From Rhizobiaceae bacterium (GTDB lineage: Bacteria > Pseudomonadota > Alphaproteobacteria > Rhizobiales > Rhizobiaceae): a stretch of 64,000 bases of DNA. Shown here piece after piece: positions 29,124-38,056 of the stretch. The notes beneath the pieces are model-generated. The model searched no databases, was not told where the DNA came from, and saw nothing but the letters and a program-made list of their open reading frames with translations. The stretch is taken from assembly GCA_041739225.1 (NCBI GenBank), contig JBGSOG010000046.1, forward strand, positions 92,681-156,680, given 5' to 3'. Each line of letters opens with the position of its first letter. Within the stretch, counting starts at the first letter, position 1. Position numbers and translations under genes: made by a program.

Positions 29124-30520
29124 ACGCTCTTGAACGCGTTCTCGCCGATCCGGCATCGCGGCGAGATCTTTTCGAACGGTATTCGGCCAAGACCGCGCAT
29201 GAAGCATATTTCAATGCAATACGCAGATTAGAAATTTGGACCGACGAATATTTTGAAGTCTACATGAATGGAAAAAATAGGAAATATCTCTCGTTTTACA
29301 CGTTGCAGCGCTGTTTAAAAATTTCAATTATATATCCAATATTTTTTCTATTTTTGAGTTGGCTATTTGGTGCACCAACTAATTTTGGATATTTTTCTCT
29401 TCTCCCAGAAGAAGCAAATTTAACATTACGAATTTCTACAACGTTTTTATCTGCATTGATATTTTTAATGATTTATCATATATTATCTGCGAATTCACGT
29501 GTTGAGAAAAATATAAATATATGTATGAATAAAATACAGGAGAAATATAATATAATTAAAATTAACAGTTATACGGTTTTTATAATAAATATGTTTTTTA
29601 TAACTTTGATTACTTGTTTTTTATTGTATCCAATATTAATTATATTTGGAGTATTTGGAGTTATATTATTTGTAATTTTCATAGTTAATGTTTATTCGGA
29701 AATGATTGTATTTTTGGTTTTTTTGCTGATTTTCAGTTCTTTGTTTTTCGAGTTTCTGCCAATTTTATGCTTAAGTGCATTTTTAGTTGCCGTTTATTTT
29801 GGGCTCTTTGAGCACGCAGTTTTTATTTCATGTGTTGCGATTTTTTCTTCTTTTGTTTTATCCGAAAGCGAACAAATTAACGTAAGTGATGCTGCATTTT
29901 TAATAATAGTAATTTTCATTCTTATTCTCCCTGTTTTCAATGCAATTTTCGATTGGCTTTCGGTCGCTGCTACACGGTACTTTATACATCGGATAGTGAT
30001 TGAGGAAAATATTTCATTGATGATATTTAACATGCTTATTGACTTCGCATTGGCTGTTATTTTCTTGGTTGCACTGGCTTTTCTTTTGCCGCTAGCAACT
30101 GAGTTTTCAGTTCGTCTACTGGACCTCGAATTCGACTGGAGGGCATGGATTGCTAGGGCGCATTTGAAGCCTTGGCCGGACAGCATTCCTCTGCTGGCAA
30201 TGCTGGTGACGACGCTGGTTCCCACCATCATTCACCTGGGTGCCGGGATTGGCGCTGTGGTCGCCAATTTCTTCGGCTCGTACAAGCGCATTGCCGACCA
30301 GATCGCTGCCTATGAAAATGACGGCAAGAGCTTTCATGCCAGCCGACAACAGGAAATCGCCGGGAAGATCATGGCCGCCGACATCTGGTACATTCCGGCA
30401 TTTGTGCTGGCGGGCGGGTTTGTTGGCGGTGCTGCTTGGGCGCTATTCCACTTTTTGGCCGGTTTTGGACTGACGCTTGCCAATCTGGCGCTATGGGCAG
30501 GTGATCTCGTCCGGTTCTGA
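28859..30520 (+). CDS. Orphan polytopic membrane protein (about 12 TM) with an extremely AT-rich central block; start unresolved
   Basis: This is the only open frame across 29134-30520. Before about 29110 the translation is Arg/Gly/Trp-rich and not protein-like. From NGLDALERVLADPASRRDLFERYSAKTAHEAYF onward it looks real. The first in-frame ATG after that point is 29264. The central part uses ATA, TTA, AAT and AAA codons heavily. No family recognised. Confidence 0.7.
   Translation: MPGIGGTRTGLWRGIGGAGNFAPSTGCKPGASLLMYARGKGAGAWKARLRKRLWRFGAGSSGCRNCWRSPDWSLPFWFPIIYSTSNGLDALERVLADPASRRDLFERYSAKTAHEAYFNAIRRLEIWTDEYFEVYMNGKNRKYLSFYTLQRCLKISIIYPIFFLFLSWLFGAPTNFGYFSLLPEEANLTLRISTTFLSALIFLMIYHILSANSRVEKNINICMNKIQEKYNIIKINSYTVFIINMFFITLITCFLLYPILIIFGVFGVILFVIFIVNVYSEMIVFLVFLLIFSSLFFEFLPILCLSAFLVAVYFGLFEHAVFISCVAIFSSFVLSESEQINVSDAAFLIIVIFILILPVFNAIFDWLSVAATRYFIHRIVIEENISLMIFNMLIDFALAVIFLVALAFLLPLATEFSVRLLDLEFDWRAWIARAHLKPWPDSIPLLAMLVTTLVPTIIHLGAGIGAVVANFFGSYKRIADQIAAYENDGKSFHASRQQEIAGKIMAADIWYIPAFVLAGGFVGGAAWALFHFLAGFGLTLANLALWAGDLVRF
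28990..29133 (+). CDS. 47-codon ORF with one TM helix; possible true N-terminus of the downstream membrane protein (frameshift?)
   Basis: MESETAKTIVEIWGWKFGLSELLAVAGLVAAVLVPYHLFYKQRPRRS. Third-position G/C is 30/47 by my count, which is host-like. It stops at 29131-29133, exactly where the long downstream frame begins to look protein-like. Confidence 0.4.
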   Translation: MESETAKTIVEIWGWKFGLSELLAVAGLVAAVLVPYHLFYKQRPRRS

Positions 30521-30524
30521 CCGC

Positions 30525-31628
30525 TCACGTGTTGAACTTGAACAGCAAAACGTCGCCGTCCTGCACCACATATTCCTTGCCTTCGTCGCGCGCCTTGCCA
30601 GCTTCCTTGGCCGGGACTTCGCCGCCGAGCGTCACGTAGTCGTTGTAGGCAATGGTCTGTGCGCGGATGAAGCCGCGTTCAAAATCGGTGTGGATGACAC
30701 CGGCGGCGCCGGGGGCCTTGGTGCCCTTGGTAATGGTCCAGGCCCGCGTTTCCTTTGGCCCGGCGGTGAAATAGGTGATGAGGTGCAAGAGGTCATAGCC
30801 CGAGCGGATCAACCGGTCGAGGCCGGGTTCCTTGAGGCCCATCGCCTCCATGTATTCGCTGGCTTCAGCGTCCGGCAGTTGCGCCAGTTGCGCTTCAATG
30901 GCTGCTGAAATGACGATGGTGGACGCGCCTTGTTCCTTGGCCATGGCTTCGACGCGTTTGGTGTGCTCGTTGCCGGTGGCGGCGTCTTCTTCCGACACGT
31001 TGCAGACGTAGAGGACCGGGTGCGAGGTCAGCAGGTTCAAACCATCGAGAATCGCGATTTCGATTGGGTCGGATGTTTTGCGCAGGATGCGGGCGGGCTT
31101 GCCCTCCTGCAGCAGCGCAAGGGCGGCTTCCATCACCGGCAGCTGCTCCATGCTTTCCTTGTCCTTGCCTTGCGCCCGCTTGCGGGTATTGGCAATGCGG
31201 CGCTCAAGGCTGTCGAGATCGGCAAGCATCAATTCGGTCTCGACCGTGTCGGCGTCGGCGACCGGGTCGATGCGGCCCTCGACATGGGTGATGTCGTCGT
31301 TTTCAAAGCAGCGCAGCACGTGAACGATAGCGTCGACCTCGCGGATGTTGGCAAGGAACTGGTTGCCCAAGCCTTCGCCCTTTGACGCGCCGCGCACCAG
31401 CCCGGCAATGTCGACAAAGGAAATGCGGGTGGGGATCAGCTCCTTGGAGCCAGCGATGTTGGCAATGGCGCGCATGCGCGGATCGGGAACCGCAACTTCG
31501 CCGGTGTTCGGCTCGATGGTGCAGAACGGATAGTTTGCCGCCTGCGCCGCAGCTGTGCGGGTGAGCGCATTGAAAAGGGTGGACTTGCCGACATTGGGCA
31601 GTCCGACGATACCGCATTTGAAGCCCAT
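30525..31628 (-). CDS. ychF: Redox-regulated ribosome-binding ATPase YchF
   Basis: MGFKCGIVGLPNVGKSTLFNALT, 367 aa, with a C-terminal TGS-like ...VVQDGDVLLFKFN. Confidence 0.95.
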   Translation of the reverse strand: MGFKCGIVGLPNVGKSTLFNALTRTAAAQAANYPFCTIEPNTGEVAVPDPRMRAIANIAGSKELIPTRISFVDIAGLVRGASKGEGLGNQFLANIREVDAIVHVLRCFENDDITHVEGRIDPVADADTVETELMLADLDSLERRIANTRKRAQGKDKESMEQLPVMEAALALLQEGKPARILRKTSDPIEIAILDGLNLLTSHPVLYVCNVSEEDAATGNEHTKRVEAMAKEQGASTIVISAAIEAQLAQLPDAEASEYMEAMGLKEPGLDRLIRSGYDLLHLITYFTAGPKETRAWTITKGTKAPGAAGVIHTDFERGFIRAQTIAYNDYVTLGGEVPAKEAGKARDEGKEYVVQDGDVLLFKFNT

Positions 31629-31700
31629 GGGGGAACAGCTTTCGATTGTTGTTAAGCCCGGCTTAGAAGATTGGCACGACCAAGGTCAAGCCCGCTGCAC

Positions 31701-32423
31701 TCACTCCTTGCCGAAGAGCTTTTTCAGCATGTCGGCCATCGGGCCGGAAGAGGGGATTTTCACATCCGGTTTGGCCGTTCGCGCCTGCCGGACGTGGCTT
31801 TGCGCCTTGGGCGCAGGTTTTTCGGCCCTTGCCGGTTTATCGCCGGTGGCCAGCTTTTCGCCAGTGGCAAGCGCAATCTTGTTCATGAAGGTCGAATCCT
31901 CGCCCTTTACCAGCAGCCCGAAGTTTTCGGCGATGGCGTCCAGCAATGGCTCCAGCCAAATCCTGTCGGTCTTGGCGAAATCTCCGAGCACATGGCGCTG
32001 CACGAGTTCCTTGACGCCGGGATGGCCGATGCCGAGGCGAACGCGGCGGTAACTGGCTCCGCAATGGGCGTCAATCGAGCGGATGCCGTTGTGGCCGCCA
32101 GCCCCGCCGCCGGTTTTCACCCGCAACTTGCCAGGGGCGAGGTCGAGTTCGTCATAAAGTACGAGGAGGTTTTCCGGCACCAACTTGTGAAAACGCAATG
32201 CTTCGCCTACTGCCTCGCCGGATAGGTTCATGAAAGTTTGCGGCTTCAGCAGAAGAACCTTTTCGCCGCCGATCTCGCCTTCAGCGAAATCAGACTTGAA
32301 CTTCTTGCGCCAGGGAGAAAAGGAATGGTGGCGCGCGATCGCGTCAGCGGCCATGAAGCCAATGTTGTGGCGGTTGCCGGCATAAGATGCGCCGGGATTG
32401 CCAAGGCCTGCCACCACCAGCAT
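31701..32423 (-). CDS. pth: Peptidyl-tRNA hydrolase
   Basis: [24 protein letters not shown]...GGHNGIRSI, with a Lys/Ala-rich C-terminal extension. Confidence 0.95.
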   Translation of the reverse strand: MLVVAGLGNPGASYAGNRHNIGFMAADAIARHHSFSPWRKKFKSDFAEGEIGGEKVLLLKPQTFMNLSGEAVGEALRFHKLVPENLLVLYDELDLAPGKLRVKTGGGAGGHNGIRSIDAHCGASYRRVRLGIGHPGVKELVQRHVLGDFAKTDRIWLEPLLDAIAENFGLLVKGEDSTFMNKIALATGEKLATGDKPARAEKPAPKAQSHVRQARTAKPDVKIPSSGPMADMLKKLFGKE

Positions 32424-32444
32424 GCACTCTCTCCCGGGTTGGAA

Positions 32445-32468
32445 CAGGCCCGCCTTTCAGCGGGCCTG
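32445..32468 (-). terminator. Intercistronic hairpin between rplY and pth (weak terminator or attenuator)
   Basis: CAGGCCCGC-ctttca-GCGGGCCTG is a perfect 9-bp stem. No strong T-run follows on the coding (minus) strand. Confidence 0.35.
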
Positions 32469-32473
32469 ATCAT

Positions 32474-33076
32474 TTATGCCTTGGATGCGTCTTCATCCGA
32501 CTTTGACGCCGAAGAACCGGCGATCGTCGCGACAGTGAAGTCGCGGTCGGTGATGGTCGGGCGCACACCATCGGGAAGTTTGACATGGCTGATGTGGATC
32601 GAATGACCGATTTCGATACCGGTCAGGTCGACCTCAACGTATTCAGGAATGGCCATTGCCGGGCATTCCAGTTCGACTTCGTGGCGAACGATGTTGAGAA
32701 CACCGCCGCGCTTGAGGCCGGGGCTGGCTTCCTGGTTGAGGAAATGCACCGGCACCTCGACGATCACCTTGGAATCCTTCGTGATGCGAAGGAAATCGAC
32801 ATGGGTGATGAAATCACGGACCGGATCGGTCTGGTAGTCTTTCGGCAGGACCTGGTGCTTCTCGCCATCAACAACGATAGTGGCAAGCGTGGTCAGGAAA
32901 CCACCGGCATGGATGCGTTTCGACAGCTCCTTGTTGGGAAGCGCGATTGGCAGGGGATCTTTCTTGTCGCCGTAAATTACGGCTGGCACCATTGCATTGC
33001 GTCGCAGGTCTCGAGCGGCCCCCTTGCCGGTCTTGTTGCGCGACTGTGCCAAGAGCTCGTACGTATCGTGGCTCAT
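32474..33076 (-). CDS. rplY: 50S ribosomal protein L25 / general stress protein Ctc
   Basis: 200 aa. ...[20 protein letters not shown]...[18 protein letters not shown]. Confidence 0.9.
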   Translation of the reverse strand: MSHDTYELLAQSRNKTGKGAARDLRRNAMVPAVIYGDKKDPLPIALPNKELSKRIHAGGFLTTLATIVVDGEKHQVLPKDYQTDPVRDFITHVDFLRITKDSKVIVEVPVHFLNQEASPGLKRGGVLNIVRHEVELECPAMAIPEYVEVDLTGIEIGHSIHISHVKLPDGVRPTITDRDFTVATIAGSSASKSDEDASKA

Positions 33077-33364
33077 TGTTTAGCCTTTCTGGGTTGCTGG
33101 GGCATCCGGATGGCATCGACCAATCCGGATTTTGCCGGGTCTGTGCATGGGATGCACAAACGCAACAAGCCCGCGCTGCCTCCAAGGGTGTCTGCGCGGG
33201 TGGTGGGTCTATAGGCGAGGAGGGGCAAAATGGCAAGCCATTGTGCATCCACGCTCACGAACACGATTGCGGCGAACAATTCTGCTTGAAAGCCGGCGTG
33301 ATGCCCTTTGCGAACCTTGGTGACGCTGCATAGTGCGCAAGTCCAACCGCAAAGGGTCATTGCG

Positions 33365-34741
33365 ATGCGTGCACACATCAAATTCATTGCGGCCCTGGCG
33401 GTTTGCATGGCTTGGACGGCCCCGGTGAGCGGCCAGACAGCGCCGGTGCCGGATGCCGATGAAGCGCTGATCATCGATGCCGTGTTTGGCGAAGCCTCGG
33501 TCCAGGCCAACGCCACGGCAAAGCTGATTGTGAGAAAAAATCTGGATGCAATTGCGCCGTTGCTTTTGACCATGCGGTTTCGCGGACCGCAAGGAGGTGT
33601 TGGAGAGGCGTTGCAGGCATTGACCGGCGTCCAGTCACTTGACTGGAACGAGATCATGCTGTGGCAGGAAGCCCATCCGGAAGTTGTTCCCCATCCGGCA
33701 TACCGGCAAGCGAAGTTGACGATCTACAACCAGATTGATCCGCAGTTCATGCGCTTCATTGGGCAAGACCGAAGCAAGCGCGAAAACATGCGGATACGAT
33801 TTGAAGAAATCGAGTGGGGCGGCGTCGGCGTTGACGGCATTCCGTCGCTCGACAATCCGCAGTTGGTGGATGCTTCTGCCGCTGACTATCTGGCCGATGA
33901 CAGCCTGGTCTTTGGCGTTTCAATCAATGGCGACGGTCGGGCCTATCCGTTGCGGATCATGGGTTGGCACGAAATGTTCAACGAGGTGATTGGCGGTGTT
34001 CCTGTCGCGTTGGCCTATTGTACGCTGTGTGGCTCCGGCATCTTGTACGAGACAAAGGTTGAAGGGCGCGGAAAGCCGTTCGTTTTTGGCTCGTCCGGGT
34101 TCTTGTACAGATCGAACAAATTGATGTTTGACCGCGAAACCGACAGTCTGTGGAACCAGTTCACCGGTGAGCCGGTTGTCGGGCCTTTGGCTTTCAGCGG
34201 CATTAAACTGAAAGTGCGCCCGGTAGCGATCACTTCCTGGGGGAAATGGAAAGCGGAAAATCCGGCCACGAAGGTGTTGTCGCTGAAAACCGGACACAAC
34301 CGCGACTATGGCGAAGGCGTGGTTTACGAAAGCTATTTTGGCAGCCCGGACTTGATGTTTCCTGCCATTGTTGGCGATGAAAGCATTGTGAAAAAGAAGG
34401 ATTATGTGTTTGGCATGCGCGAGGTCGGCGTTCAGAAGGCCTGGCCGCTGTCTGCCTTCAACAAGGAGCCGGTTATCAATGACAAGCTTGGCGAAATAAA
34501 CATTGTCCTGATCGGCGACGAGGCGACGCGAACTGTTCGGGCCTATGAGCGAAAGGAATTGTCGTTCCAATATGCCGCTGACGGGAAGGTTGCCGGACCC
34601 GGCGGCGCCTGGACTTTGTCCGAAGATGCGCTTGAAGGGCCTGCGGGTGAGAAGCTTTCGCGTCTTCCCGGGCACATTGCCTATTGGTTTGCCTGGAACA
34701 ATTATTTCGGTGTCCAAAGCGAACTGTACGTCGCAAAATAG
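33365..34741 (+). CDS. DUF3179 domain protein (secreted)
   Basis: Start moved to the ATG at 33365, giving the signal peptide MRAHIKFIAALAVCMAWTAPVSGQ. GVDGIPSLDNPQ...AYPLRIMGWHEMFNEVIGGVPVALAYCTLCGSG is the DUF3179 core. Confidence 0.8.
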   Translation: MRAHIKFIAALAVCMAWTAPVSGQTAPVPDADEALIIDAVFGEASVQANATAKLIVRKNLDAIAPLLLTMRFRGPQGGVGEALQALTGVQSLDWNEIMLWQEAHPEVVPHPAYRQAKLTIYNQIDPQFMRFIGQDRSKRENMRIRFEEIEWGGVGVDGIPSLDNPQLVDASAADYLADDSLVFGVSINGDGRAYPLRIMGWHEMFNEVIGGVPVALAYCTLCGSGILYETKVEGRGKPFVFGSSGFLYRSNKLMFDRETDSLWNQFTGEPVVGPLAFSGIKLKVRPVAITSWGKWKAENPATKVLSLKTGHNRDYGEGVVYESYFGSPDLMFPAIVGDESIVKKKDYVFGMREVGVQKAWPLSAFNKEPVINDKLGEINIVLIGDEATRTVRAYERKELSFQYAADGKVAGPGGAWTLSEDALEGPAGEKLSRLPGHIAYWFAWNNYFGVQSELYVAK

Positions 34742-34887
34742 TCCATAATCGCGGTGCGATTGACTCTCGCCTCTGAAAATTGCAAATCTGCTGCATGGGG
34801 CCAGCGAGCGCCCCGTGAGGCGTAAGCCCAAGTTCGCGTCCATTTCCTTGAGCCCATCAGCTTTCATTCAAAAGGAGTGAGGACGCC

Positions 34888-35703
34888 ATGACGTCTCCAT
34901 CACAAATTACAGTATCCCAATTGTCACGTCTGGTTGGTTTGCCGGATTGTCCGACAATCATCGATGTTTGCACCGACGAAGATTTTGCCGCCGACCCGAG
35001 GCTGATACCAGGTTCAATGCGTTATTCGTTTCGTGAAATTGGCGAGCTTTCGCCAGGCCTTGCCGGGAAGCGGGCTGTCGTGGTTTGCCACAAAGGCTTC
35101 AAGCTCAGCCAGGGAGCGGCGGCAATCCTGCGCGACAGCGGTATCGCTGCTGAAAGCCTTGAAGGCGGCATTGTTGCATGGCGGGAAGCAGGTGAGCCGC
35201 TTGTCCCTGTTGCGAAAGGTCCCATCCCGAACAATCAGGGCAGGACAGTTTGGGTGACGAGGCACAGGCCCAAAATTGACCGCATAGCCTGTCCCTGGCT
35301 TATTCGCCGCTTTGTTGATGCGCGCGCCCAGTTCTTGTTTGTCGAGCCTTCGGAAGTGCTCAATGTGGCCGACCGTTTTGACGCAACGCCGTTTGATGTG
35401 GATGGCGTGTTCTGGAGCCATCGCGGCGAGCAATGCACATTTGACACGATGCTCGAAGAATTTTGCCTGAAAACACCAAGCCTGTTGCGGGTGGCGTCCA
35501 TTGTCCGCGGGGCTGACACCGACCGGCACGATCTGGCGCCGCAGGCGGCGGGGCTTCTTGCTGTTTCGTTGGGCCTTTCACGCATGTATCGCGATGATCT
35601 GAAGCAACTGGATGCAGGGATGTTGATCTATGACGCCCTCTACCGTTGGGCGCGTGACGCCCACGAGGAAAGTCATGACTGGCCGGTCGTCTCAAAGAAA
35701 TGA
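34888..35703 (+). CDS. Rhodanese-domain / ChrB C-terminal-domain fusion protein
   Basis: The N-terminal rhodanese-like fold has the CHKGFKLS active-site loop. The C-terminal VWVTRHRPKIDRIACPWLIRRFVD... is typical of the ChrB_C domain. Its stop overlaps the chrA start. Confidence 0.7.
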   Translation: MTSPSQITVSQLSRLVGLPDCPTIIDVCTDEDFAADPRLIPGSMRYSFREIGELSPGLAGKRAVVVCHKGFKLSQGAAAILRDSGIAAESLEGGIVAWREAGEPLVPVAKGPIPNNQGRTVWVTRHRPKIDRIACPWLIRRFVDARAQFLFVEPSEVLNVADRFDATPFDVDGVFWSHRGEQCTFDTMLEEFCLKTPSLLRVASIVRGADTDRHDLAPQAAGLLAVSLGLSRMYRDDLKQLDAGMLIYDALYRWARDAHEESHDWPVVSKK

Positions 35704-37031
35704 CAGGTGGCGCGATGAGCAATCAGCATTACAGCATCGCCGGTGCAGCACCAACGCTGCGCGACCTTTTCCTTGTTTTCGCACGCATCGGCCTGTTGTC
35801 ATTCGGCGGACCGGCCGGACAGATCGCGCTCATGCACAAGGTGCTGGTTGAGGAAAAGGCGTGGCTTGAGGAAAAGCAGTTTCTGCATGCGCTGAATTTC
35901 TGCATGCTGCTGCCTGGGCCGGAAGCAATGCAGCTGGCCGTTTATGCAGGCTGGCTCAAACGTGGCGTTGCCGGCGGATTGATTGCCGGAACATTGTTCG
36001 TGCTGCCCGGCTTTGCGGTATTGCTGGCGTTGTCGGCGGTGTTTGCAATGTATGGTGAAGTACCGTTGGTGGCCGGGCTGCTGTTTGGCCTTCAAGCGGC
36101 TGTTCTGGCAATCGTGCTTCAAGCGCTGGTCAAGGTTGCAAAGCGGGCTTTGCACGGGCCGCCAAGTTATCTGGTTGCCATTGCCGCATTCGTCGCCATT
36201 GCGCTGCTGAAGCTGCCGTTTCCACTGGTCATTTTGAGCGCCGGGCTGGTCGGCGCCGCATTCAGCAGCCGGTTTGCCAAGTTGGGCAGCGAGGCGGAAA
36301 ATTCTGCCAGGCCCGTACGGGCGTGGCGCCACCTGGCTGCGATGGCGATCTCGGCAATTCTTCTGTGGGTCCTGCCGTTGGCGCTGATGTTGGCTCTTCT
36401 GGGACCAACCAACATCTACACCACCCAGGCCGTGTTCTTTTCGCAAACGGCGCTGGTGACATTTGGGGGCGCCTATGCAGTGCTGGCACATGTCGGCCAA
36501 CAGGCCGTGGAAACCCATCAATGGCTCTCAACGCCTGAAATGATGACGGGGCTTGGCCTTGCCGAAACCACGCCGGGCCCCTTGATCCTTGTGCTGGTGT
36601 TTGTCGGTTTTTTGGGTGGGTTTCGTGATCCTGGCTCGCTGTCGCCGCTGCTGGCCGGCAGCCTTGGCGGGCTGGTCACAGTTTGGTTCACCTTCCTGCC
36701 GAGCTTTTTGTTCGTGTTTTTGGGTGCGCCGTTCATTGAGCACTTGCGCAAGGTGCGCTGGCTTTCAGGTGCTCTGGCTGCGATCACGGCAGCAGTGGTT
36801 GGGGTTATTGGCAATTTGTCGGTCTGGTTTGCGTTGCATGTGCTTTTCGCGCGGGTGAGCACAGTCAATTTCGGGCCGGTTTCAATCTGGTCGCCGGAAT
36901 GGTCGGGCTTTAACCTTGCTGCAGCCGTGATTGCGGCAACTGCGGGAATTGCGCTTTGGCGCGGTTTTCCGTTTGGCTGGATGCTGACCAGTGCAGCACT
37001 GGCTGGAATGTTTGTCAGGTTTGCGGCCTGA
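35700..37031 (+). CDS. chrA: Chromate efflux transporter ChrA
   Basis: 443 aa with two CHR halves (LLSFGGPAGQIALMHKVLVEEKAWL... and ...TFGGAYAVLAHVGQQAVETHQWLS). ATGA overlap with the upstream gene. Confidence 0.85.
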   Translation: MTGGAMSNQHYSIAGAAPTLRDLFLVFARIGLLSFGGPAGQIALMHKVLVEEKAWLEEKQFLHALNFCMLLPGPEAMQLAVYAGWLKRGVAGGLIAGTLFVLPGFAVLLALSAVFAMYGEVPLVAGLLFGLQAAVLAIVLQALVKVAKRALHGPPSYLVAIAAFVAIALLKLPFPLVILSAGLVGAAFSSRFAKLGSEAENSARPVRAWRHLAAMAISAILLWVLPLALMLALLGPTNIYTTQAVFFSQTALVTFGGAYAVLAHVGQQAVETHQWLSTPEMMTGLGLAETTPGPLILVLVFVGFLGGFRDPGSLSPLLAGSLGGLVTVWFTFLPSFLFVFLGAPFIEHLRKVRWLSGALAAITAAVVGVIGNLSVWFALHVLFARVSTVNFGPVSIWSPEWSGFNLAAAVIAATAGIALWRGFPFGWMLTSAALAGMFVRFAA

Positions 37032-37964
37032 TCAATCAAACAGGCTGGAGACCGATTTTTCAAACGCGATGCGCTGAATGGCTTCGCCGACCAGTTCGGC
37101 AACGGAAACCACCCGGATATTGGGAGCGGTCTCGGTTGCGGAAGTGGGCTGGATGGAATTGGTGATAACCAGTTCGCGCAGTTTGGAAGCGGTGATGCGG
37201 GCAACCGCGCCGCCTGAAAGAACACCGTGCGTGATGTAGGCGGTGACAGAGGTTGCGCCCATGTTGAGCAGTGCGTCGGCAGCGTTGCACAGGGTGCCGC
37301 CGGAATCGATGATGTCATCCACCAGCAAGCAATCCCTGCCGCGTACATCGCCGATGACATTCATGACTTCAGATTCGCCCGGCCGGTCACGGCGTTTGTC
37401 GACGATGGCCAGCGGTGCCTCGATGCGCTTGGCGAGCGAACGGGCACGAACCACACCGCCGACATCGGGGGAAACCACCATGATATTTTCAAGGCCGTAG
37501 TTCTCGCGCACATCTGCGGCGAGGACCGGGACCGAGAACAAATTGTCGGTGGGAATGTCGAAGAAGCCCTGAATCTGCGCAGCATGCAGGTCGAGTGTCA
37601 AAACGCGGTCGGCGCCTGCCTTGGTGATCATGTTGGCAACCAGCTTGGCTGAAATCGGTGTGCGCGGGCCGGGTTTTCGATCTTGGCGGGCGTAACCGAA
37701 ATAGGGAAGCACGGCAGTGATGCGTTTGGCCGATGAGCGCATCAGCGCATCGATCATGATCAGCAATTCCATCAGATTGTCGTTTGCCGGATAAGCTGTG
37801 GATTGCAGTACGAAGCAGTCTTCGCCGCGGACATTTTCGAGGATTTCGACGAAAACTTCCTGGTCAGCGAAGCGGCGGACATTGGCCTTGCCAAGGGGAA
37901 TGTTCAGATATTTCGTGATCTGCTCTGCGAGGACCCTGTTGGAATTGCCTGCGAAGAGTTTCAT
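37032..37964 (-). CDS. prs: Ribose-phosphate pyrophosphokinase
   Basis: [20 protein letters not shown]...[11 protein letters not shown]...[13 protein letters not shown]. Its stop codon directly abuts the chrA stop (convergent). Confidence 0.95.
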   Translation of the reverse strand: MKLFAGNSNRVLAEQITKYLNIPLGKANVRRFADQEVFVEILENVRGEDCFVLQSTAYPANDNLMELLIMIDALMRSSAKRITAVLPYFGYARQDRKPGPRTPISAKLVANMITKAGADRVLTLDLHAAQIQGFFDIPTDNLFSVPVLAADVRENYGLENIMVVSPDVGGVVRARSLAKRIEAPLAIVDKRRDRPGESEVMNVIGDVRGRDCLLVDDIIDSGGTLCNAADALLNMGATSVTAYITHGVLSGGAVARITASKLRELVITNSIQPTSATETAPNIRVVSVAELVGEAIQRIAFEKSVSSLFD

Positions 37965-38056
37965 TTGCGACCAGCCGGGATGTGAGCGATGGCCGGTGTA
38001 TAGGGGATGCCAAGGAACCTATCAATGGCGAATGGCGGATTTCAACACTTCGAATG

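Noticed and set aside
29237-30131. Similar short strings occur near both edges of the AT-rich patch: TGGACCGACGAAT at 29237-29249 and TGGACCTCGAAT at 30120-30131. I considered them as possible direct repeats or insertion scars.
   Set aside because: They are short and imperfect (a 6-nt and a 5-nt match with an indel). They are not placed exactly at the compositional boundaries. No recombinase gene accompanies them. They are compatible with chance.
29794-30231. A 145-aa minus-strand ORF lies inside the AT-rich patch.
   Set aside because: It is much shorter than the plus-strand frame and entirely contained in it. The plus-strand frame is continuous across the whole patch and into GC-rich flanks that encode plausible TM helices.
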